In this document: one piece after another, positions 48,908 to 61,009 of the stretch
Layout: every line of letters begins with the position of its first letter
Position numbering within the stretch: the first letter of the stretch is position 1
NCBI GenBank assembly: GCA_010405405.1
Contig: MU004234.1
Coordinates: forward strand, 1,205,275 to 1,269,274
DNA: 64,000 nucleotides
DNA from: Microthyrium microscopicum
Lineage: Eukaryota
Reading direction: 5' to 3'
The notes under the pieces: model-generated
The model's input: the letters and a program-made list of their open reading frames with translations, nothing else
The model's database searches: none
What the model was told of the DNA's origin: nothing
Position numbers and translations under genes: made by a program

Positions 48908-51787
48908 ATGGATATTCCCGGGGTTGGCTTCCCCATCCCCCCATTGATCACAGCATGTGTAAAGATTGTCGGAATCTTGCGAGGCGTGGGGAAAAAGTTC
49001 AAGAGGGCGCCTCTGATGATGACCTCAATCGCATCAGAATGCGGTCTGATTCAGAGCGCGCTCTCACAACTACGCGACTTTGATTGGTCCAATTTGCCTG
49101 CAGAGAGCAAATACCGCACAGAACAAATGATACGAGCCACCGAAACGATTATACTTGGTTGCACACTTACATTGTCGGTCATTGAAGAATATGCTACAGA
49201 GCTTCAAGAATATGTCGAAGGCGAAAAACACAGTCCTACTGAGCAGGCGGGTGTCATGTCGCGTATGCGCACGTTTTGGAAGGAAGACGAGATGAGAGAA
49301 CTTCTCGTCCAGCTACGAGGCTACCAATCAGGGTTGACCGATCTTTTGCGGGCCGCTCACGACGAGTAAGTGATGAGTCGAGTACTGAAGAAAAGGTTGA
49401 CTGATAGCGAAAGGGAAACTGATTCCAATCAGGATCTATCTGCCGTCATGAATAATTTCGTCGGCCTTCTAAATCGTTCCCGTAATTCGCGAAGCAAAAA
49501 GCCTCTATCCATTCGTAGTGCTATGCAACAATCCGCGACATATACGAATCTATCAAGAACCTCTTCACAAAATAAAAGCGCTGTACCGCCTCGGGCCTCT
49601 AGTAGTTTGGCAACGTCTTCGACACCGATATTACGCAACAATGAACGCGAGATGGGTCAGGGTGTATCGGCAATGACTGCTGACCTCTACGAGTCAGCAA
49701 CTTCAGCGACCGCAAGCCGAAGGCCTACATATGACAGGGGAAGAAAGAAACGGCCAGCATTTCTAGCAATGCACACAGATGATGCAGATTCTCTTAGTGA
49801 AGCTTCGCGATACGCCGTATCGCAAAGAGATCGTGAACATTTGAGGAGGAGCTCACCAACCGTCGGTGATAAATTCACTTTTTTGGAGGCTGCTTCGGAT
49901 GCTGGCGATCGATCAATGCCAGAAGCACCAAAACTGACGGCACGCGCGATTCCGATGCGCAATGGTTCTTTGTCTCGGCGGAAAGAACCTCCTCAAGTCC
50001 ATGATCACTTATCAAGTCTAGACGTTGTCGATGACGAGGAGGATGAGGAACTGGAAGAAGATCTAGATGGCCCGCCTCCTCCGCCAACGATTGACGAGAT
50101 CGAGAAGCTGGATCCTATTTCAGAAGAAAATCATCATGACCAGCCGAGGAAGCAAAAGTCTGCTTCTAGCGTACGGTCACAAATAATTAATCTTCCCGAG
50201 ACCGCTCGGCTGCGAAAGCAAGCCAGTGGAGAACTTGCGCGGCAGCAAAGGGAGGAGGAGAATGAGAGACCTTCGCTACCCCCAGTTCGAGCTTTCCATA
50301 ATGTCTCCAAAACCCCATCATATGAAATGCTTGCGAAACAACGACGACAGTCAGATATGCCTCAATCATCACAGTCACAAAGAAGCAAGCACGCGCATCA
50401 CCCTTCAGATTCGACACTCGTTTATCGTCCTCAACGGACATCATCGAGAGCGCATTCACGAGATGATAGACCGCATGCTCTCGATTTACGGTCACGTCCT
50501 ACTGCTCCATTGCCTCAACCACCGAGTGGAATGCCATATGGGCACGCAATCTCTCCACTTTCAACCAGCCGCTCCATGTCGCCAACCTCTGTAAGGACAT
50601 CAATGACTACTCAGCCAAATATTCTGAATTCAGTAGAGAATCAGTGGCCGTTGACGCCTGAGATGGCCCAACCTGCACCCGGAAATGCCTTTTTAAGGTC
50701 TCCAGGATATCATGCTCGTAATATATCTGATGGACCTGGTTTCCCAGCTCTTCGATCACTGTCACCTGACGCCACTCCTCGAGCCAGCAGGTCTAATACT
50801 CCTCAATTCCCAGGCACTTCACAAAGCAACACTCCGTATCGTGGTAGAAGTCGTTCCAACACTGGCGTCACACTTACAGAGGGTGGTGAACAGGGATTTG
50901 ATGAGACAGCTTCTCTATCCGCGTCTGTTGCGCCATCTAACCTGTCTGCTCAATGGCATCGTAGTCCACAAGAGCGGCTTGGTCTTGGTGGTAAAATTCG
51001 AGGGACTGTACCAGCAAATTGGGAACAAATGAGTCAAGATGATGGATACGAAGAAGGGTTGGTGGACCTCGACGCATTACCGCATTCTCGAAGACCTCAG
51101 ATGTACTCGGTGCCTCCACCAAGGGATACATTATCAGCCCAACATCCTCCTGCAGATTCCCAGCCTCGGTCGCCCCTCCTGACAGATAAGTTCCTTACAG
51201 ATGTCGGGGTTTTACCAACCGATCATATGGCACGAGGCCCTCCAATTCCTCCGCAGCGAAGCATGTCCCTGCGATCCCTCGCGGGTGCTCCGAAACGAGC
51301 ATTGAGTCGGCAGGGTGATAATCGAGCAGAACCTCAGTCACCCAGAAAGAAGGATCCTAAATTCCCTTCTTTCGGTGAACTTGTCACGGAGTACAAGTCC
51401 CTGGCAAACAAGTGGTACACCTCCCAAGATGACCTCGACGAATCCAGCACCAGGCCATCAACGGCTTCGACCAGCCTCCGCTCAGCCACTCTAAACGACG
51501 TTGGCATGCAGCCGCATCCCCACCCCCCTATACCTCCTGGTGCCAATGCGAGGCCCAGTCGTGATACGGACTCTACGGACAGCCGGAGTGGCCAAAGTCT
51601 TCGGCCACCGCAAACTTCCTCCGGCAAGAGCTCAAAATCCACAAAGAGCCAAAAGAAGAAGAAAAAACCCTCTTGGTTCTCGGAAATGAAATCTGAATAC
51701 AACAGCCTTGCCAACAACTGGTATAGCGAAGCCGCCGCTGAGGAAGAGCCACCCAGCGGCCGCAATACCGCCATGCGCCGCACATAG
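48908..51787 (+). CDS. Protein with N-terminal HeLo-like/STAND-N helical domain and a long disordered region; intron 49366-49413
   Basis: N-terminal pattern LITACVKI...FKRAP-SIASEC-I-SALSQL...GCTLTLSVI...WKEDEMRELL-QLRGYQSGL. A GTAAGT/CTGAT/AAG intron joins it in frame to an 800 aa S/P/R-rich ORF. Confidence 0.78.
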
Positions 51788-53025
51788 CTCTTATCGCCTT
51801 TCATGATCATATTCCAGGCTTAAAGCCTTTCGCGCATTCAACATCTCTACTAATGTGCATACTCTATTTTGTAATTGCCAGGAGAAGGAAAACCGGTCAA
51901 AAATCATTTGACGACATAACGGACGGCTGGAGACGCCAGCGTACATCTCATTTGTGCTCATCCCCTACATTTTTGATATTTACAAGACGGCATTTGGAAA
52001 CGTCATAAAAGTGTTCTAGCACCAGCATCTCATCTGCATAGTATTATTAGACCAGTTTCGTTTTGGACATTTGGACTTTTTGGGGAGAATGGACATTGCG
52101 GCGACGCTTTAGTTTAGGCTCAGCGTAGATACCCTTTTTGATATAGAGCAGACTCGGCATTTTTTAGAAGTTCTGTTCTGGTTTATATATACTTCATAAT
52201 GATATAATCGCTTCATGTAAGGCATGTCGTAGTCAACCCTTTACAACCACATCCTCACGACTCAAGGTACGTCTAATTCTACTATCAACCCATTATGCCG
52301 TCACTGCGCTCTTGACTAACACGCATGTAAGCACCTTCATACGTGAATACCGGGAGCTTTGTTCATCATTAGCGATGTTCATTATATCCAGGGACTAATA
52401 GGATGACTAGGATACTTCTATCAAGTATATATAAAACGCCACAATGCCTACAGGCCACGACTGGGCAAGTAGCGATTGGTATTTCTACTCTGCATTAGGC
52501 TGTCTGCATGCTGTCGCTTTCGGTAAGACTTGAACGTCATGTATTACAACACAATATATGGAGAGCGTGAGAGTTATCGAATTGAATCCTCAACGTATGA
52601 ACAGGTACCTGAGTACTTGGAGACTTACGATGCTTCTTGGTCAAATCTATTTTCGAAACATTGCGACTAACATACTAAGATTCTTGCATAGATATCTACA
52701 TAGATATACACACAGGCGGGGGTAAGCACAGTATTGTTGGATTTAGTAACCAGTGATAGGGGAATACTGTTATATCAGCCACAACGCATTTCAGCCGAAT
52801 GGAAGTCTGGACACGACCTGCATAATGAATGCATTCAGCGACCACTATGAACTGTTCTGGGCTCTGGAGGCTTAACAGCGCTACCTTCATAGTGGCATTT
52901 CGGTCTCAATATCTTCTAAGTTGCGGCGACATCTACAACTAGGTCTGAGCTGCATCCTTCTTGTATCTTTCAAGTCGTCTGAAAGGTTTTGCTTCACTCT
53001 ACAAGAACCTTCAAGTTCCAGAAGC

Positions 53026-54586
53026 ATGGCTGCTACCAACGCGGCTTCCTTCTTTCGTAGCGCGCATCAGGCTGGCAAGTCGCTCACCTAAGCTTCATTC
53101 GTGGATGCTGCTAATAGGTATTGCACAACAGCGGTGGTGATTGGCGATTATCTCTACATAGACGGCGAGAAAACGACTTCAAGCTTCCAATCAGACCGTG
53201 AAATCCAGTCAGTCAATGTCCCGCTGCAGGGCAGGCTTGTAACGAGATCTAACCAATCTTTTTAAAATTGGGCAGGCCAGGTATCCTATGGGAGTACGCT
53301 GAACAATAACAACGTCTGGAAGTTCTGCAGACAGGCACAGTGGAGGAGCGTGGGCGGAACAGTCTTCGGCTACTACAGGTTCCTCCAACCTGACACAGAC
53401 GAATTGGGCAATGACTGGCTAGAAATAAAACTGGAATCTCCCTGGGCGGAGTTTCTGATCCAAACAAATACATTCCAGGACTCGTGTCCTTGGACTTGTC
53501 TACACGCCGTTTTACGGATATGGTGGAGGTTTTGGTGGTTCAGCGACCTATGTACTGGCTTTTGGACCCAATGGGCTACTTGCACTTATTGGTGGCGATT
53601 ACGCACTTTCCTTTTACGATATACCTAGGTAGCTGGAATGATTTGGGCAATATCACGTTGTACGACCCAAAGGCAAAGCTTTGGTAATATCAGACCGCTG
53701 GAGGAGCTCCTAATATCAGAAAAAGATTCTGTACTGTTGGCGTCCAAGGTCCTAATAAGACCTTTGAAATGTACGTTGTACTTGACAGCATCTCATGTAA
53801 TACAGCCACTGACGTGGTCAATGGAACAGCTTCATCTATGGTGGATCTCATGGGGAAACAGCATTCGGCGAGATTTGGGTGCTGAGCCTGCCAGGGTTCT
53901 TCTGGAAGCAGGTCTTTTCATCCGGTATAGCTCGCATGTATCATACCTGTGTACTCGCTGGTAAACGACAGCTGATCAACATCGGTGGTTTAAATGGCAC
54001 AACTGATGATGAACACGTGTGGACTGGCTACAAACCAGACCCATTCACTCGTGGTCTCGGGATTTTCGATTTGACTTCTCTAGGCTGGCCGACAAATTTG
54101 ATGCTAATTCGCAGCCATATCAGTCGCCTGGTGTTGTTGTGAAGTGGTATGATGAAGGTGGACTTTCCAATGTTCAATGGACCTCGCACCATGTACGTGC
54201 GCTTTTCTTAGGCACTGCCCAGAGTCCAAATCATGGTGCTGGATCGAGCAAAAGGCATGTTGGAGCCATTGCTGGGGGAGTGGTTGGTTCCTTTGTATTG
54301 CTACTCTGCTGTGTACTCGCTTGCTTATTTTGGCGCCGTTGACATCCCCTAATCCCTGTGCCAGTACGTGCGGTACATACATAGGTATGGAAAGGGGTCC
54401 CAGTCTGAACCAGAGATATGGGAGCGAAGTATGCTTGATGGTACCCCAGTTGTGCGTCCGATCCAAGATCCAGTCGAGCTTTCAGCAAAACAACCAGCAA
54501 AGCGTCCAGCAGAGGCTAAGCAGCGTGGACTGACGGACCAAGATGGCGGACCTCATGAGATCACAGGCCCTTTGACTCTCTTATGA
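53026..54586 (+). pseudogene. Decayed kelch/beta-propeller single-pass membrane protein gene
   Basis: Fragments AVVIGDYLYIDG, NITLYDPKAKLW*YQT, HTCVLAGKRQLINIGG, GLGIFDLT, YQSP-VVKWY and TM GAIAGGVVG lie in different frames; stops at 53685 and 54340, frameshift near 54089. Confidence 0.8.
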
Positions 54587-55320
54587 GAGCTGATGCTATA
54601 TTCCGAAGACATCAATCAGTGACCACGATGCACTATATGATTCGATTTTGAGTAATGAGCTTGATTATTTGACACTATTCGATAAAATCATGTATTTGAA
54701 AACTGCTTAGAAAGTTTCACAAAGGTATATTCTCATGTTTCCCTAGGAAAGAAGAAATGGGTTGAAGTCTTGTAAGCATTAATTTTCATAAACGATAGGC
54801 AGGTATGCAATGAATGAGACGTTAACTCTTTCTGTTACTGTAAACCTCGGTCATTTTGGACTTCTTGATCCAATATAAAGTACCCGCTAGCCCCATACTT
54901 CAGGGGTCGGCCAATTGACCATCAAGCAGCAATATTAATTGACAGCCTTAAAAGCGCGCATATAGAGACCTTGTACATTAATCACTAGCTGCTAACAATC
55001 TAGTCTACTCACAGCCATAGCACTTGAGCATCTCCTGACCCACGAGATCGGCTTTTAATTTGTTTGAATCTCGTGGATGGCTCACAGAAACCATGGACTG
55101 TTCTTTATATTGCACTTTCCAAGTCCAGTGATGATGACGGGCCTTCCATCTGTAATGTATTTGCCGTGTAAATCCTAGACTTAGCTGCGAGATTATTCTC
55201 CGAAGCTTTTCGCAATTGCAACTTCACCTCTTTTCATCGGGGTTAGAAACATTGGTACAGAGTCGCATCAGCCTCCTGCTCTTTTATTTTCAGTCACTCG
55301 TTACATCTCAATCGATCAAT

Positions 55321-56075
55321 ATGAAGCTCGTTCCTTTACTGCTGTTCCTCGCTTCATCAAGCACTGTCTTGGCTCAGAAAGGCAACTGTGACTGCACTGG
55401 CGATCCCCGACTACCCGTATGCTGGGACGAACGACTAGGACCAAAACCAGTACGCCTCAAGTTAATGTAGAACCACAACTTACTAAATCTCTCAGCTATG
55501 CCAATGCTTCAATAACGTCGAGGATGTATGCTGGCGACTCAGCGGGAAAACCTGCGCCGAACCAAGTCCCTACGTAAAAAACCGCGAAATTCCAGCATAC
55601 ACTGAGCAAGTTACTAACCAATTCACCAGGTTTGCGATAAACTCGGTCCAAACGGAAAGCCTACACTCCGCACTTCCATCGATCGCGCGACCGCTGAGTC
55701 GACTTTCCTTCCTGCGTCGGGGAAATCTGGTGCTGGTGGGCTCAATTGTGTCGATCTCGGATACTGCTACAGGCCCACCAAAGCTAAGACGACATTGACG
55801 CTGACACTACCGGATGGAACAGCTATTGTGACGGTGCCAGTTGGATTACCGACAGACGCGTTGCCAACTCTTGGAGTTCTCCCGACTAAATCGGATACCG
55901 ACGTAAGTGCTTCCATTGAATATTACCAGTCAATTAGTTACTCCGTACCCCTTCCACCACTTATTCATGGTGATATACTAACCTGCTCAAGCCCGTCATT
56001 GTATTTACGCCTGAAGCGATGGCCAGAAGGACCGTAAAACAGCATGAGATGCCTGTGACGATGATGCCACTGTAA
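55321..56075 (+). CDS. Small secreted cysteine-rich protein, ~187 aa, 10 Cys; introns 55450-55495, 55574-55629, 55903-55991
   Basis: Signal peptide MKLVPLLLFLASSSTVLA; three phase-0 introns with CTAA(A/C) branch sites give one continuous frame. Confidence 0.75.
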
Positions 56076-56408
56076 ATCTGTCAACAAACAAGTCGTGGAA
56101 CTAAAATACATAGGCGTTGCATTGAAGGCGTTCAAGAGGTCATGATATCAGGCCTGACTGGGTCTGCTTGGTTCAGCCAGCATTATTACTGAATTGGGAT
56201 ATCGTTGATATCATATCGGGTAATGATATTGAGGCTACTAATACCATTATTTTCAAAATCAGATATGAGGTTGACATGCATCATTCGTTCCTCATTATGC
56301 TAAAATCATTTCGTTGACTTATGTACATGGTCGCCACTGAGAACAAAGAACACTCTTTGTCCATCGCCAATTTCCCCTACCATCAAAATTGCCTTGCGCA
56401 TCCCATCA

Positions 56409-57044
56409 TCACAGCAGCTCTCTTATATCCTCATCCTTCCAATCCGCCTGCCAATCTCCACCAACCTCATCCTCATCCACCACCTCCTCTCTCACCCACC
56501 ACTCGCGCCAAGCGACTCTGACCATCAGCTGAAGCACAGCCACCCAATATGCATCAAACCCATCCGGCTCCACCCCCTTCTTACTCCTCGGCACCCTGCC
56601 AACAACCCGCTCTCTTAGAACCCTCCCCACCCGTTCCGGTGTCGTCAAACAGCCATGCATTCGCTTTATATACCGCGCCAACGTCTCGTTTATGAAGGTA
56701 CTAGCTTCCACGCCACGCACAACATATGAGTATGCGTGGTCAGTAAGCTCTACGTGTGCGGCTGTTAGCGCTGAAAGCAGAGTGGATGAATCCACTACTA
56801 CGGTATCTGCATCTATGATATCTACATCCAGCGCTGGGAGCGTCCCGTCAGCACCAGCGGCTGCTTGGGGTGGACCGTGTAGCTCGGGAGTTAGACGGAG
56901 AAATGCTTGCGGAAGCGGAGTTGGTGGCGAAGGTGCTAGCAGAGCGTGGATAGCGCGGATACGGGGCGATATTTCGGGTGGATTTGGGAAGATTATTTGA
57001 ATTGGGGCGCGAGAGTCTGCAAATTCTATGGGGATGCGGAACAT
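56409..57044 (-). CDS. Hypothetical protein (may have an upstream exon)
   Basis: 211 aa ORF with protein-like composition; a possible acceptor lies just upstream; no recognisable domain. Confidence 0.5.
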   Translation of the reverse strand: MFRIPIEFADSRAPIQIIFPNPPEISPRIRAIHALLAPSPPTPLPQAFLRLTPELHGPPQAAAGADGTLPALDVDIIDADTVVVDSSTLLSALTAAHVELTDHAYSYVVRGVEASTFINETLARYIKRMHGCLTTPERVGRVLRERVVGRVPRSKKGVEPDGFDAYWVAVLQLMVRVAWREWWVREEVVDEDEVGGDWQADWKDEDIRELL

Positions 57045-57593
57045 GTTGATGAAGAATAGCTGGTGGATTGTTTGTGGGTGTTATGTGGTCGACAGATAGG
57101 CTGATGATGGTTGATATAGGGGGTATATGTTTTCGAGGTAAGTTGGTGGCTGTAAGAACACGAAGAGATTGATCGCGAGATATCATTGGACGGTTTGTAT
57201 GAAAGCGGCTCTCTGGGCCTATTGTTTGCCAGAATATCTGCACAAAGAATCGGTGGTCAAAATGACGTTGGTGTAGGGAACAAAGAGAGCCATTCTGTGA
57301 CTGATAACGTTGGCTAGTGAAAGTTGAAGATGACATCTACCATCGGTCAGACGTAGGCGGCCTTGATATTGTATGAGTAGCGTCCCTCAGGTTTGCAATG
57401 GTTTGCAATGATACTACAGATCCATATGAACATGCGATGGATGTCCATGAATCAGCCTCACGCAGGCAGTCTACAGCCCTCGCTGGCCACAGAAGGTAGA
57501 TATGTCTCACTTTGTGTACCAACTTCACTCCAACTAAGCTTAGAGAGCACTTGACAGTTTTTGCCAAGACCTTAACTTTGTGGTCATGCTAGA

Positions 57594-58877
57594 TCATCGA
57601 AGTGGTAGCGTGGTCTGACCTGTTGTATCTGTTATATCAGATTGATCTACCGAGGCGGCTGGCTCAATTTGACTCGTCTTCGCAATGTACTTCGTCTTGC
57701 CATATGCTCCACCAGCCCGCTTCCGCGCCTCCAAAGCATCTCTATACGGCGGTGCCGTAGGAGGCTGGACAGGATCAAGACTCACATAGCCTTCTGGTAG
57801 TGAATACGAAGCATCCGAGTCAAACGTCGACAAATCGCCGCAGCGCACATACGGCGCCTGATACCGCCCCTCAGCAATGTCGTCCGGATGAGGTGGGCAG
57901 TCCCAGTACTCCTTGACATCGGGAAACTCCTCCAGCTCCTTGGCGGTAGGATCGCGACGGATCGGCGTTGGCATCTTGCGCCATCCTCCGTTTTCTGTTC
58001 GCGGTTCTTGGTCAACGGGTTGGTCAACGGGCTTGATCCCATGATTCCCGAATGATTTTTCGAGCTCAGTATCGAGGTTGACGGGCGGTTGGAAGTTGCG
58101 CGCTACGATGAAACCTTCGAGACTGGTTGCGCGGCTGGCGCGTGGTTTGGCGATATGGACGTGTTCGAAAAAGCAGCGGATTTGGCCATATACGAGATCG
58201 ACGTCTTTGGCGCGAAATATTTTGGCGACGAATGTTCCGCCAGGCCTGAGTACCCGGAGGGCAAGCTTGAGTGCGGCGTAAACGAGTTGGCTTTGAATGT
58301 AGATGTCAAAGTCATGGAGCCCTGTGACGTCGTGCGCGCCATCGGAGATGACGAGGTCAACTGGATGTTGTGCGGCTTGAGAATCTGGATCGTATGTTTC
58401 TGGGTCCAGAGCTTTAAGTAGACGGGGCACTGTTGTGGGATGTGTGATATCGGCTTGGAGCATAGTGACGCCTTCGAGGGGACTCATAGGTTGCATGTCG
58501 ATGGCTACTATTTTGATGTCTTTGCCTGGCTTTCGCTGCGCAAGTCGACTAGGCTTCTCGGTCTTCCAGAATTCATCTAGTTTCTTTGCTCGTTCTTGTT
58601 GGTGGTCAGTATGTGCTCCCCATTTCTCCAGTGATGGCATGTATTCTGGATCTTGATATAGCTCTCGACTTAGCCATTCGCCTTTGATGAGTACTCGAGA
58701 CAGCACTTGACTCCATGATCCTGGAGCAGCACATAAATCAACCACTCGCGTCACACCTGCAAAAAGGTTGAACTCCTCGTCGATTTGTATCAATTTGAAT
58801 GCGCTCCTCGCCCTCCACCCTTGCTCTTTTGCTAGCCGGTAGTAGATGTCGCGTTTGTCTTTGGACGATTTACCCAT
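57594..58877 (-). CDS. TRM7: tRNA (C32/G34-2'-O)-methyltransferase, FtsJ family
   Basis: MGKSSKDKRDIYYRLAKEQGWRARSAFKL, VVDLCAAPGSWSQVL, K-D-K-E tetrad, C-terminal SLDPVQPPTAPPY. Confidence 0.95.
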   Translation of the reverse strand: MGKSSKDKRDIYYRLAKEQGWRARSAFKLIQIDEEFNLFAGVTRVVDLCAAPGSWSQVLSRVLIKGEWLSRELYQDPEYMPSLEKWGAHTDHQQERAKKLDEFWKTEKPSRLAQRKPGKDIKIVAIDMQPMSPLEGVTMLQADITHPTTVPRLLKALDPETYDPDSQAAQHPVDLVISDGAHDVTGLHDFDIYIQSQLVYAALKLALRVLRPGGTFVAKIFRAKDVDLVYGQIRCFFEHVHIAKPRASRATSLEGFIVARNFQPPVNLDTELEKSFGNHGIKPVDQPVDQEPRTENGGWRKMPTPIRRDPTAKELEEFPDVKEYWDCPPHPDDIAEGRYQAPYVRCGDLSTFDSDASYSLPEGYVSLDPVQPPTAPPYRDALEARKRAGGAYGKTKYIAKTSQIEPAASVDQSDITDTTGQTTLPLR

Positions 58878-59503
58878 TTTTCACATTGATATAGTTCACG
58901 CAATCTTGGTTCGAAGTGTTTTTGAAGGCGAACTCGTTGCGCTGAATATACTATGTAGTAATAGACTAATAGTTGTGTGGTAGAAAAACCAAACCAACCA
59001 AACCTCTTATGGGGCTGAATAGTGAGGGGCAACCCAGAAAATGTACTTTAATGATCTGGATGATCGCTCCAAGCGCTCTTACGAGATAAATTATGCTAAA
59101 AGAAGCTTTATGGTTCCTAGGATATATTCTATTTCGAGTGTCTCAGCTGCATCTCAAATTTATCCGCAAATTTATCATTGCCAGTATCACTATCAATATC
59201 CACATCGCATTTGATGTTGAAGCAACAGGACGAACGACATGATGGATCTACAGCCCCCCCTAATCGCGATACAACCTCAAAACTTCAGTCCATCAACCAA
59301 TTTACCACCAGCCAAGAAATTCCATCATCTCACCATTCTACCGCCTACCGCCGTCCAAATACTATAATATCTCTCACATCGCAGCCGTCAAATATACTTT
59401 TGGCCCTCTTCATCATCTGCGCGAGCTCTCAAGCCTCCGCCAAAAGCTTCTTCACAACAACAACAACCAAAGCACAGCTATATCCTAGCATTTTCAACCA
59501 AAA

Positions 59504-59966
59504 ATGGCAGACTCAGCAAACGATTCATCCAACGAGCCTTTCGATCTGGTCCGCCTCTGCCTAGATGAAATAGTCTTCATCAAGCTACGCGGTGACCGCG
59601 AAATTACTGGCCGGCTACATGTACGTCTCCCATATATTCCCATATCCCCTTTGTAATGTATAGATCCGCAATATGACTACAACCTTGCCCACTCGCCCAG
59701 AGTTTTTCAGATGATAGCTAATGTACCCTTAGGCATACGACTCGCATTGCAATCTAGTACTAGGCGAAGTCACAGAAACAGTCTACGTAGTCGAGGAAGA
59801 CGAAGATGAGAACGAGCACGTGCGCGTAAGTCTACCATCCCCAATGATCATCTCCGATGATGAAACTGTGATTAGAGCTGACCAGATACAGACAGTGAAG
59901 AAGCAGAGTGAGATGCTATTCGTAAGAGGGGATTCGGTGGTGCTGATTTCGCCGCACGCGGCTTAG
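59504..59966 (+). CDS. LSM3: U6 snRNA-associated Sm-like protein LSm3; introns 59621-59732, 59826-59891
   Basis: Spliced: [45 protein letters not shown]...|[21 protein letters not shown] (Sm1 and Sm2 motifs). Confidence 0.93.
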
Positions 59967-61009
59967 AAGGGGCGTTTGTGGTGACGAATCGGCTAGGAAA
60001 GAAGTATATGGCGACGAGGACAGAGATGGGCTTGACATGATGGATGGCGAGAGACTAGTTTCCGCGCGTAAACTGCTGCTGTCGGTATGGACCGCGCTAC
60101 ATCGATGACTTACTAGAAAGAAAACGCCAAAGTTTGGCGTGGACGTCGCTTGCATGGGCTGTCAGAATAGCACAGGACTACTATTATCATTGAGCCCAAG
60201 AGATATCAGGATATAATGAAAACATCATATATCACATCATGGCACCCATCTTCCCACACTCATACCTCTACAACCATAGTCTTCGCCTTTGTCAAAGCCA
60301 CCAGTCGATTCAAGAGCTCATCCAGGACATATCATCACAGCACAAGAAACAACAGCAGCAATATCACAACCAAATAAAATCTTCCATTCTATGTACACCA
60401 TCCAATCCATCACCACACATGTGAATCCCCAGGACCCGACCCAAAAAACGCCAAACACGATGCACACAAACAACAACAAAAGTAGAAAAGTAAAACATAT
60501 TCGCTATCAATTAATAGAAAGCCCCCGTATCAAGCAAAGCCGGGAGATTGGGTCAAAACAACCAAGCCGGAGAAACCCAAGTCCTCCCCCATTTTAATCG
60601 CTTTTTGTTTTCTGAGCCATGGACCAGCACAACAAGGTGTAAGAAGAAATGTATCCTTTTTTTTCTTGCTTTGGCGGGTGGGAGGGGCCCATTTCATTTG
60701 TCTATTAGGGTGTGAAGACGCTGCCAGATCCAAAAGAAGTGGGAGCGGTTGGTGAGTATTATGCTGTTTGTTGTGGATGGTTCGTGGGACTCGTTACGGT
60801 CGTGAGGAGATTTCTCTTAAAGGCATTCAAGGGCGCTAGGCCAGAGTGCTGGCTTAGGTATTCATTCCTATTTGTTTCGTTAGATCGTGGTGATAGATAA
60901 AGAGGGGGCATGGTTTACATACCCGCTTGATAACAGGTGCCGAGCTCATGAGAATTGTGTCATTGTTGTTATACAAAATGCCCTTAGGCATCGAACGGGC
61001 ATGTATCGT

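Noticed and set aside
4155..58877. TAD3 and TRM7 as a tRNA wobble-modification cluster
   Set aside because: 52 kb apart with unrelated genes between; coincidence is sufficient.
59856..59881. C-box/D-box-like words in LSM3 intron 2
   Set aside because: Too close together for a C/D snoRNA, and the CTGA is part of the branch site.
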